A stretch of DNA of 64,000 bases, taken from positions 1-64,000 of the IMG/VR virus record IMGVR_UViG_3300034072_001093; one strand, given 5' to 3'. Shown piece by piece: positions 18,919-30,000 of the stretch; within the stretch, counting starts at the first letter, position 1; every line of letters begins with the position of its first letter. The notes below the pieces were generated by a model. The model was not told where the DNA came from. It saw only the letters and a list, made by a program, of their open reading frames with translations, and made no database searches. This DNA comes from a virus. Position numbers and translations under genes: made by a program.

Positions 18919-20949
18919 ATGCCCGGACCCACATGGCGTAACATTGCAGCTCCTGATCTCTCGACCAGCTTGGCTGCGATCTCGGCTGCCACCAACAATT
19001 TCAATCAGGGCCTGGCCACTGCAAAGGCTGGCTTCAACGAGTTCGACGCCAAGCAGTCGGAGCGTATGAACGCTGCATTCCAGACTGCCCTGCTGGGTCA
19101 GCAGGACAGCGGCAAGTTCTCCGAAGCCTTGGCTGCAGATCCGACCCTGGGCTTTGACCCTCGCCGGCTGAATGCCCAGAGCCTGGCCATGGCCGGCAAC
19201 TGGACCAACACGCTCCTGGGTCAGGATCGCACCCGGCAGAGCCTGGAAGCTGGTGCCGAAGACCTGAAACAGAGCCGCTGGAACTTCAGTGAAAAGCAGG
19301 GTGCTGCTGAGCGTGACAAGGTGCTCGGAGAGAGGCTGCCTGGATTGTTCAACCTGGCTCTGGCAGGCAAGGAAAATGAAGCCATGGCTGGCCTAGCTGC
19401 TGTCACTGGCCTTCGTGGTTCAGAGCTCAGCGAAGCTGGCAAAAACGTGCTCGGGTTTGCAAAGAGTGGTGTCGATATCACCGGTCAGCGACAGGATCAG
19501 AAGTTCCAGGCCGAGAACCAGAGTTGGAGCCGTGAGGACCGGGAAAGCGGCAAGGCTGCTGATGCGATCGCAGAGGCTGTGCTTTCACAGGCAGGTCCTG
19601 GCGCGAACATCCTGGCTCTGGTTGAGCAGGCTTCTGCTGGTGCAAACCCGACGGTGCGTGCAGCAGTGCGTGCTCGTGTCGATGCTGCTCTGGGCACCTC
19701 GCTCTTCAGCGGAATGGGCGTCGGTGGTGGTGCAGGTGTCGGCGGTGGTGTTGCTCCTGGTGGTGGTAGCGGCAAAGACCGCTCGGGCATCATGAATTAT
19801 GAAGCTCGTGCAGTTGGCTTTGATACCGTTCCTGCCAGCGTAAAGACGCTGGGAGACGCAGTTGCTTTCGGCAAGCAGGTGAACCGTGCTGGTGCGAGTT
19901 CCAGTGCCATGGGCATCTTCCAGATCACGCAAGAAACGATTCAGGATTTCGGTCAGCAGCTTTATGGCAAAGCTGGGTGGAAGAACAAGGAGTGGACGCC
20001 ACAGGTTCAGGATGAGCTTGGGCAGGCGATATTCGAGGCCAGTAACGGCAGTGCTAAGGCTCTCAAAGGCCGGTGGGTTTCACTCTCGCTTGCTGAGGCT
20101 GAGCAGGTTCGTAAGCTGCCTTGGGAACAGGCCAAGGTCATCATCGCCCAGAAGGAGTCCGGTCACGACTTCACCGCTGGTGGTGCCCTGTCCCCGCAAG
20201 AAGCCGAGCGCATGGCTAAGCGTGGTGCAGACAGCAGCTCAACCGATCTGGATGTCCAGTCTTGGGCGAATGGGATTGGCAAGAACGCCCCCACGATCAC
20301 GGTTGCTCAGGCGATCTCCAAGCAGATCCCTGGCTCCAAACCAAAAGAGCTGATGGTCATCATCGATCGCATGGTCGATGCTTCCCGTGGACCGGACAAG
20401 AAGCCCAGGCTCAATCGGACTCAGGCAGGCCAGATCGTGATCGAGAGCATGACGCCTGACACGTCTGGCTCTGTCCAGAAGTTCCTCGACTCCTGGGGTC
20501 TCGGCAGCGACAATCCGGCTCTGTCGGGTGGTTGGCGTCTGGACCAGGGCAAGGTCAGCACCAAGGTCAAGGCTGCACTGCAGGGTGACCAGGCCTTCAT
20601 CGTCAACGACAATGAACGCCGGATGGCCGAAGCGCAAAGCGTTGCACAGGCCCAGGCAGAGTACCAAGAGCTCGCGCAGCAGGAAAACGCGATCAGACGG
20701 GATATTGCTGCTGGCCGTGCTGGTCGAGCCAGTCTGCTGCCCCAAATCATCATGCAGAAGAATGCGGCCTATGCCGCATGGAAACAGGCAGAAGAGCCGC
20801 TGCTCGAACGGGAGCGGAAGTCTCGGGGAGAGCCACCGAAGGGGACTCCTCCCAAGAAGACCACGGCAAAAGCTCCTCCCGCAAAGCCAAAGGCTGAGCC
20901 CAGGAGCATCTTCAGCCTGGGAGACTGGTTCACACTGAACTCGAAATAA
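18919..20949 (+). CDS. Ejection protein (N4 gp51-like) with lysozyme/lytic-transglycosylase-like domain
   Basis: TWRNIAAP start typical of gp51. Internal SSAMGIFQITQET...TPQVQD resembles the SLT/lysozyme motif. No Cys seen. Confidence 0.7.
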   Translation: MPGPTWRNIAAPDLSTSLAAISAATNNFNQGLATAKAGFNEFDAKQSERMNAAFQTALLGQQDSGKFSEALAADPTLGFDPRRLNAQSLAMAGNWTNTLLGQDRTRQSLEAGAEDLKQSRWNFSEKQGAAERDKVLGERLPGLFNLALAGKENEAMAGLAAVTGLRGSELSEAGKNVLGFAKSGVDITGQRQDQKFQAENQSWSREDRESGKAADAIAEAVLSQAGPGANILALVEQASAGANPTVRAAVRARVDAALGTSLFSGMGVGGGAGVGGGVAPGGGSGKDRSGIMNYEARAVGFDTVPASVKTLGDAVAFGKQVNRAGASSSAMGIFQITQETIQDFGQQLYGKAGWKNKEWTPQVQDELGQAIFEASNGSAKALKGRWVSLSLAEAEQVRKLPWEQAKVIIAQKESGHDFTAGGALSPQEAERMAKRGADSSSTDLDVQSWANGIGKNAPTITVAQAISKQIPGSKPKELMVIIDRMVDASRGPDKKPRLNRTQAGQIVIESMTPDTSGSVQKFLDSWGLGSDNPALSGGWRLDQGKVSTKVKAALQGDQAFIVNDNERRMAEAQSVAQAQAEYQELAQQENAIRRDIAAGRAGRASLLPQIIMQKNAAYAAWKQAEEPLLERERKSRGEPPKGTPPKKTTAKAPPAKPKAEPRSIFSLGDWFTLNSK

Positions 20950-20953
20950 AATG

Positions 20954-20987
20954 GTAGGGCAGTCCCGGAATATCGGGGTTGCCCTAC
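20954..20987 (+). terminator. Stem-loop between the gp51-like gene and vRNAP
   Basis: GTAGGGCAGTCCCG...CGGGGTTGCCCTAC. No clear U-tract, so it may be a processing or stabilising hairpin instead. Confidence 0.4.
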
Positions 20988-21042
20988 TGACTCTCGCCCC
21001 CTTATAGGGGCCACAAAACATAATCCCAAAAGGGAAACCCAG

Positions 21043-24000
21043 ATGACCAATCCGACCGATTTGATGAACCAGTACCTCGAAATTTACGGGGTACGCCCCC
21101 AAACGGTCAGAGGCATCAAACAATCACAGGTCGCTCGATCGTCTGCCCAGAAGCAGCAGGAACTCGCACAGATCAGCTCGCCTGAGGGCGCCTACGACGA
21201 GTTCGCTGGCGACATGGCGGACACCGGTGGAGCCAGTGCCAACGAGACCCAGCAGGATTTCCGCAACCTGTCGCCGGGTGAACTCGAAGCGAAGTACGGC
21301 AACCAGGCTGGCAGCATCATCTCAGCCCGCGTTGACGCTGGTGCTCGTTACCGGGCACCTCAGGTTATGCGTCGTTCGGCTGGGGAGATCGCCTCGGATC
21401 TGGGTCTGGCTGTGGCCAAGGGTGGTGCTGGTCTCCTCGGCCTCGGAGCTCTGGGCGTCAATCTGGGAGCCAAGGCCGTCGGTGCTGATGATGCGGCTGC
21501 AATCGGCCTTCGTGCTGCACAGTTCTCGCAGTCTGTGAATGACTTCCTCACCAGCAAGCAGACCGATGCTCTGCAGGGCGAGAAAGAGAACACCGAGGCA
21601 GAGATCCGTCAGGCCAAGCGTGACACCGACCAGCTCTACGAGCAGGAACGCCAATCCGGCGAAGGTGGAGCCAAGGTCAACCAGATCCTGCGTGAGTTCC
21701 GCGATGTCGGTGCTCGTGTTCTCGCCAATCCGACTGTCCTTGGTGATGCTGTCGCCGAGGGTGTCGGCTCGATGGCTGGTGCTGGTGTGCTGGCCCGAGG
21801 TGCTGCCAAGCTTGCTGGTGCTGTGTCCTCCCGTGTGGCTCCCGGTTTCCAGCTCTCCGAAAAGGCAGCTTCTCGTCTCGCCACTGCTAACATGGCAGCT
21901 TCGATCGGCGCACAGGAAGGCGGCAGTGCATTTCAGGGAACGACCCTGGAAGCATACGAAATCCTGAACGAGCGCTACCCCGACATGTCGGAAAAGCAGA
22001 AAGCTGAGCTGGCAACCCAGGCCGGTGAGTTGGCTGCTGCCACCCAGACTCCGATCGCAGCGGTGACCGGTCTGCTGGTGGCTCGATTTGAAATGAATCC
22101 GCTGAAGGCCCCTGCCCTTGCCTTCGGAACGAACACCGTCAAGGAGACAATTGAGGAAGGCGTTCAGGGAGCAACCGGAACCCTGGCTCAGAACTATGCA
22201 CTGGGCCAGGCTGTCGATCGTGATCGGGATCTGTTCGAAGGCGTCGGCGATGCTGCTGCCCGTGGAATGATCGCAGGTTTCGGCACCGGTGCTGTGGTCG
22301 GCTCTCCCAGCCTTGCAGCAGGAACCGCCGCTGGTGCAGCCAAGGCCGGTGTGAGCGCTGCTTCCACTGGAGCTATGGCGGTCGCCAGCAAGACCATGCG
22401 TGGTGTCAACGCAGCTGTCTCCAAGGTCGAAGGGACTTCGTTCTACCAGGCCATCAAAGAGCGTGCTCAGAAGATCATCGAGGAGGAAGAGAACGCCTCT
22501 CCATCTTCGGCTGAGAACACCAAGAGCATGCTCTCCGGTGCGATCGAGACTGTCCGTTCGATGGGCGAGCGGGTTGTGGAGACTCTGCGCTCTGAAGGTG
22601 CACCTGACCAGGCCGTCGACGATGTGATGGAACTGGCCAAGACCGCCTCGTTCGATATTGCCGAGATCGACGAGACTGCTCCTGAACTGGTTCGAACTGC
22701 TGTCGCAGGATCAACCAATCGCTTCGAAGCGATGGAGGCTCTGGCCCAGGTGGTAAACCAGGCAGAGGAAGGCAGTGCCGACCAGATCACGGCTGCCCGG
22801 TATCTCGCCGACATGAAGTCGCAGGTCGAAGGTCTGACCCAGCACAAGCCCATGGAAAGCCTGGACGAGATCACTCCAGAGAGTGAGATCGATACCACTG
22901 TCCGCGGTCTGGAAGCAGGTCTGGTCAACCTTCTCGATAACCCCGGCATCAAGCGTGCGTATGAGTTGGCAAAGACGGCTTTGGGTGCTGCTGTCGAAAA
23001 GGGTGCAGCGATCCTTCGTGCCAACGAAGATCCTACTACTCCCGAGAGCCAGGAGCGGATCAAGACTGCGCTGGCTGTTGCTGAGCATACCCCTGAAAAG
23101 TCGGACATCGAGACCAATGAGGTCCTGCTGAAGCATGCCGAGAATGGCACAATCCAGCTGACCCCGGTGCAGCAGGCTCAGCTGCTCTCTGCATCTGCAC
23201 TGGTTCAGGCGGAACGCCAGCTGCTCGCAGCCCAGGCAGAACAGGGCATCAAGACCAACGTCAACATGGTGACTGGTCAGGCTCTGACCGATATTCCCGA
23301 TGCGATCGGTGGTGTGCGGCTGCCGTCCCTTGCCGGCCATGCTCGCCGGATCATCCAGGCCTACAAGGCCGGGTCGATCGACGTGGCCAAGGCTCACCTT
23401 CAGGAGTTGATGCAGTTCGCCCAGCATTTCCAGAACAAGGTGGCTGCAGCCAATGCCCACTTTGCCCGTGGTGGTCAGGGCAGAGGAGATCGCTTCATGG
23501 CTCTGTCGAGCCAGTATGAACCCGATGGCAGCCGCAAGATGGTGGAATCGAGCAAGCCGTTCGACGTTCGGCCGTGGAACCCTGCTTCGGTCGGCCTGGC
23601 TCAAACTGTCGGTAAGGAAGCCGAGGTCATTGCCAGCGTGGCAAACCAGATCGCACAGGCATTCCCGGATCTGGGAATTGCCCCCGTGGTTCCGGTTGCT
23701 CTGGATCCTGGTCTGAGCGGTCCCGTCGCTGAGGTGGTTGCACGCAATCCTCGTGGTGCTGCTGCTTCTAATGTCCCCCAGACACCGACCAATGTCCAAC
23801 CCGTCCAGGCCCAGGCTCCTGTCGCCCAACAGCAGCAGCAGCAGGTCCAGCTTCAGGCTGATGTCGAACAGGCACGGGCCAAGGGCGCAGTCGCTGCTGC
23901 CAGCAAGAAGGACACTGCTCCTCCTGCCGAGTATTCCACCGAGCAGAAGGTGGCCTGGTACGAAGGCCGTGACGAAGCACGTCAGCTCGCTGCCCAGGAA

Positions 24001-27000
24001 GCAGCTGAGGCAGAGCTGGAAGCTCAGCCGGCTATCGAAGAAATCCCGGTGGTTGAGGAGCCAGTGACAGAAGCTGTCACCCCCGATCCTGAGACTGTCG
24101 TGGAAGAGGTCGTTGAACCCGAACCTGTGCAGGTCGAGGAATCGCCTCAGGAAGCCCAGGAGACCCCTGCTCCCGAGAGCCAACCCGTGGAGACCCAGGA
24201 AGCTGAAATCGTGCCTGACGAGGCTCCTGTGACCGCTGCTGAGGTCTCTGGCATCATTGCTGAAGCTCTGGATGCGAAGATCCCGGAAGCTGAGCCTGCG
24301 GTCGAACCTGCCGAGGTGGTCCCTGCCCCGTCGGTTGCCGAGCCTGCCGAGACGGTGAAGACCCGCTTCCCCAAGCTGGTCGGCCATGCTGCAGGATCGA
24401 AGATCACCAACTGGTTCTCGAGGGCATTCGGCCTGAAGAAGGCGGAAACGATCAAGCTGTGGAGCTATGAGGGCAACCCGATCCGATCGGTGCTCGACAT
24501 GCTCAACGGCAGCCTTGAGGATTATCTGGGCGACAACGCCCCTGAGGCGAACCTGACGCCCCAAGAGATCTCGATGTATGAGGCCTTCATCGAGAAGAAC
24601 GCCAGTGGCATCATCCGATCGCTGAATGGCCGGATCCAGAAGTTCCTCGATGCGCCTCACTCGCAGAAAGAAACCGCTCCCCGCAAGAGCTTCTGGCGGC
24701 AGGGCAAGAAGCCCTACAACGAATACGTGACGGGCCGCATCCTCAACCTGGTCGAGGAGAACGACGGTAAGTTCACTCTGAACCGTGAGCTTGTTGGCAT
24801 GGGTGTGCTGGCTGCTCTGCAGTGGATCCAGCAGACGAACAACTACGGCAAGCGCAAAGAGGGCCGTGACGTTCCCGGTCTGTTGGGCATGTCGAGCCAG
24901 GAAGCCAATTCCAGGCCCGAGCTCGATGGCACCAGGGAAGCGATTGCACGGGAGTTCAACCTCGGCATCACTCGTGTCGAGGCTTCCCGTTCACTGGCCC
25001 AGATGATCCGCAAATACTGGGGTCTGGACACCCGCAAGGATGCGCCGAAGGCTTATACTGACGGCATCGCCGAAGCGCTGGCCAAGGAGATCATCGATAC
25101 GATGGTCGATGGCGGTCTGCTGGTGCGTGAGTTCCCGCTCAACAAGGTGATCCCTAGCAGCAAGACTGCCAAGGAACGGACGGTAGAGATCTACTATCCG
25201 GCTGAGAATGTGCTGCCGGAGACGGGCATTCCCGATTTGATCGAGCGCATGGTCATGCGGAAGCCTGACACGGTGAACTTCGTCGGCACTCCGCCGAAGA
25301 ACATCGCACAGACCCAGGTCAACAACTCGAAGGCGAAGCTCACCAGGGAGCAGAAGGCCGCCATTCGTGCTCGTCAGGCTGTGCCCTTCTTCGTGAACAC
25401 CAGCATGCTGGAGTTCTATCGGAACGCAGGTGACCTGCTGAACACGCTGTTCGGTGGTGGTCGTATCGACGGTCTGCCGATCAATGCAGAGCATCGCCGG
25501 ACCTTGGAAGGGCGTAACCGGACAGTGCAGCTCGGCATGCAGCAGATCGAGAAGCTCGCCCGTGAAATGCAGGCATATGCCGAAGCCAAGGGCATTCCGA
25601 TCGAGGAAGTCCCGGCGCATTTCGAATACAGCTTCAACTCGATGAACCGTGAGCAGATGCTTGGTGGCACCACGCCGCAGAACAACAAGCTGATGCGTGA
25701 GGTCTTCCTGCCCACCACATCGACGAGCGATCTGTCGGACGTGTCGAGCAAGGCTTATCGGGGCTTCATGCTGGCCATGGCTCAGCACATCGGCATAAAG
25801 CTGGAGCGTCAGTCGAGCCAGGACAGCATCGACCAGGCCAAGAGTGATCTCGAGAGCAAGTATGCTCGCTCGATCGCAGGCCTGAAAGTCTGGCTGCAGA
25901 ACAAGGGACCGATCTCGGAAGAGCTGGTTCAGACACTGCAGAGCGAGCTGGGCGGAAAGCTCAACCCGGCTGCCGTGCATGCTCTGATGGAATATGCCCG
26001 GTTCGACGCAATGAGCCAGGAAGAACGCAAGAGCTTCAGCACCTCGCTGTATCTCGAAGCCGATGGTGTGACCAACGGCCCGATCAACGCTCTGATGCTG
26101 TTCAATCCTGGTTCGTTCACGGCAGACTGGATTGCCGATGTTCGTCGTGGTGGTGTGCTGTTCGACGGTGCAGCCTCGATGAACGAAGCCTATGGCAGCA
26201 ATGGGGGTGACCTCTATGCCCGAGCCAGCAAGAAGCTGACCCAGCTGCTGAAGAGCGTGCTGCCCGAGACGGAAGTCGAGCGCAAAGAGCTGGAAGGCCT
26301 GCTGGCGTTCATGGATCTCTTCATGGGCGATGACGTCACCTACACCCAATTCGAGGATGGCACATTCGAGGTGTCCTTCGATCGTGGTGTGACGAAGAAC
26401 CCGCTGACGATCACCCTCTATGGTTCAGGTGCCAACGGCATGGCCGACAAGCTGGCCACCGTGCTCGTGGATGCGATCCACGAGAAGATGACCGAGATGG
26501 CTCTGAGGGGCGATGCAAACCCCAACATCTCGGTGTCGGAAGCGCTGTTCCCCAACGATCCGAACCATGAGGTGAAGTTCGAGTATTTCGAGGGCCTGCT
26601 CAAGGACCTGACCGGTCTGAAGTTCAAGGACCCGATCAGCCTCTCGATCACGAGGGACGCCTATACCCGGCTCAAGAGCCGGATGGCGGAATACATCGTG
26701 CCTCAGCTGCAGGCTGCTATCACGGCAACCGTCGGCAAGACGGTGGTGGACACCCTGACCGATGTCCGGATGGCCACACAGGTGCAGTCGATCGCCCTTC
26801 AGTATGCGTTTGCTGCCGAAGTGAAGAAGCGTCTGGAAGCCAAGGGAGCAAAGAGCTCGGAGTTCCTGTCGCAGCAAGAGCTCGATGAGATCTTCGACTC
26901 CCTGGCTCATCTGGTTCCGATCCTCTCCACCGGGGAGCAGAACTTCTACATCGCCAACTCGCAGCGTGCTGATGAGGACAGCAATCCGTTCTCGCAGCTG

Positions 27001-30000
27001 CTGTCGGGCAAGATGTCGACGCCCGCCTTCCTGGAGAACCCGGCAAACGCTGGTGTCCGGGGCATGCCTTCGCTCGTCATCGGTTCGGGCGATGGCATGA
27101 TGATGCAGAACTTTGCTGGATCCAAGGCAGGTCCGGGCAAGACCCTGGGCGTGTTCGACGGTCTGAACATGCCGATCGACATGATCGAGGAATACAGCAA
27201 GCGGATCAACGCAGCTGTGGCCCAGGCCTGGCAGCGCAATCCCCTGCAGAGTGTGGCTGACACCTTCACGCAGTTCCTGCCGGCCTATTCTCTGAAGGGC
27301 AAGACCTACCAGGAAATCGGGGACATTCGCTATGCCCTGACTGGCGGCACAAACGCGAAGGAAACCCCCGTTGCCGAGCTGGAGCGTCTGCTCAAGGTCC
27401 TGAATGCTTCGCTTCAGCGGGGAGCCATGCAGATGGAAGCCCGCCAGAATGCTCTGGCCCAGGTGGACTTCCGTGTGGACCAGATGGCCGGTGCTGCATC
27501 GCCTCACGTTACCGGGGGCAAGATCTCGCTCGAAGGTATGAGCAACGAGCAGATCGAGCAGGTTCTCAACGATCTCTACAATCAGGAGCTGGCCAAGCTC
27601 GAAGAGCGGGCAGAGACCCTTGCCAAGGCCACCGTGCCTGAAGCCGTGATCGATCTTTCGACCGAGCATCCTTCGGGTGCCCGTGTGGTCCTGCCCCAGG
27701 CTCTGAAGTCGTTGGTCGAGAAGCTGAGCGGCACAGGCTGGCAGCTGAATGTTCTCGGCGATCAGGTCGCTTCGCTCATCGAGCAGGGCTACCAGATCGT
27801 GGCTGGATCGGATGCTCAGCTTCGTTCCTGGCTCAACCAGAATGGCATGAACCAGAGTGTGCTGGACAACCCCGGCGCCGAGACGGTCAATGGCGTCACC
27901 CTGCCCAACTCGAAGGTGATCCTGTTAGTCAACCCGACGGCCGAAACGATCGTCCACGAGATGATCCATGCTGCCACCTACAACACGCTGGCTGCCCATT
28001 ATGCTGGGCAGGATCTGGGTCCCCGTGCCGTGGAGAAGGTCCGTGCGATCGAGCGTCTCGAAGTACTGGCCAAGCAGTTCCTCTCGCTCGACCTGTCCCA
28101 GGCCAGCGAGCAGGTGCAGCGTGCCTATGTGAACGCACGCAATGCCATGAAGCAGGCCCTCGCCGAGGGCAACAAGGCTGCAGCTCTCAATGAGTTCATG
28201 GCCTGGGGTCTGGCGAACCAGGAGCTGGCAGAACAACTGGACAAGACCGAGGCGAATCCCCTGGTCCGAATGCTGCGTGACGTCATCGATGGCATCAAGC
28301 AGCTCATGTTCGGCAAGCGCCAGGTGCCGGTGCTGGGTGACATGCTCAGCAACCTGCGCTTCAACACGGCGATCCTCGCTGTGACCCAGAAGGATGCGTT
28401 CGATCTGTTCGACGAGACGGCACTCTACCACAGCGAAGCCTATGGAAAGTCGCCTCGCCTCAGCCGGATCAACGAGATCCTGCAGGACAAGGTGTTCAGC
28501 TACGTCCGTGGAATGATGGTCGACGAGGGTGAAGCTGCCCAGCAGAATGCACAGAACCAGGTGAGCAACCTTACTGTGCTGGCTGACCAGGCTCTGACTG
28601 GTGCCGTGGGTGCTGGCTTCTCGATGAACATGCAGGAGAAGAGCACCTTCCAGCTGGTAGTTAGCACCATGGCATCTGCCATCCAGCTCGACGGCAATGC
28701 GCTGTCGAAGGCTTCGGAGCTGTTCAACTATGTGACCAAGACGCTGAGCATCAGCGATTTCCTGGCCAATCCGAATGAGGAGAACACCACCGACAGCACG
28801 CTGGCCAACGAGAAATACAACTTCGTCCTGGGCAACTATGGGACGCAGTTCGACCAGCTCAACCGGTCTTCGCTGCTGCCTGTGTTCATGGGCCTGGCTC
28901 TGACCAACGAGGAGTTCCGCAAGGTCCTGGCCAAGATGCCTCTTCCCGCGGATGTCCGGAACACCGATGGCACTCTCGACAACCGGATCGAGAATGCCGG
29001 AAACAATGTGATGGACTGGCTCGGCCGCTACTTGTCGGGGCAGAAGCGCTCGGACAAGACGGTGGGTGCTGTCGTGGACAGCCTGACCGAGCAGGTGCTG
29101 AAGACCGCGGCAGAGCGCCAAAGCTTCATCTCTGTGGTGGCCGGCAAGGCTGGTGGAGTGGTCGATACCGTCAACGATTTCGTGGCGAGCTCGATCGAGT
29201 TCATGTCGGAGCGGGCATTCCTCGGTGGTCAGAAAATCGCCGAGAACGCCACCAACCGGTGGACCAAGGTCGCTGGTGAGGCCATCAGTGCCATGGGTGG
29301 CATCGCCAATCGGGACTATGCCAACAAGCTCGGGGAAAACTGGATCGAGAGCGTGTTTGCTGCTGACCTTCCCAAGCCGCTGACCGATCTGGTCAACGAC
29401 ATGATCGGCCGCACCGAGAGCAATGCCCCGATCTACGACATGATCAAGCGGGTTCGCAGCTGGGTGACCAAGAGCCGTCAGCATTACCGCGAGGATCTGC
29501 CGAAGATCATTGCCAAGCAGTTCTCGAGAGAGCTGAGCAAGCAGGAATGGGCCGATCTCCACAAGGGCATCGGTCAGACTGACGTGGCCGCTCTTCGTAT
29601 GCGGTTCACCATGGCCCAGATCCTGTCGATGCTGGCTGATCCTGGTGTCCTGGCTCAGGAGATGAGCCGCCTCGAAGCCGATCTGAAAGCTGCTCATCCT
29701 CAGGACTTCAACACGCTGCAGCGCAAGTCGGTGCAGCTGGCCGAGTTCATGAACACGGGCAAGCCTGGCACAAATCTGCTTCGTAATGCCTTGGCGATCG
29801 CAGCTCTGCTGGGTGAGAACCGGACGACGAAATATGCTCCGACGGCAACCACCGAGCAGATGGTCGATGCCCTGGTGTCGCTCTACGCCCTCCAGGGTCT
29901 GAACCAGGACACGAAGGACAGCCTGGCCAAGCTGGCTCAGGGCGAAGCCGACGGCCTGTCGTTCACCACGGAATACCTGGCAGCTCTGCGGAAGTTCGAG

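Noticed and set aside
23780-24350. Poly-Gln and Glu/Pro/Val-rich stretch in vRNAP as an insertion or intein
   Set aside because: No intein motifs and no Cys. It is a low-complexity interdomain linker before the polymerase domain.
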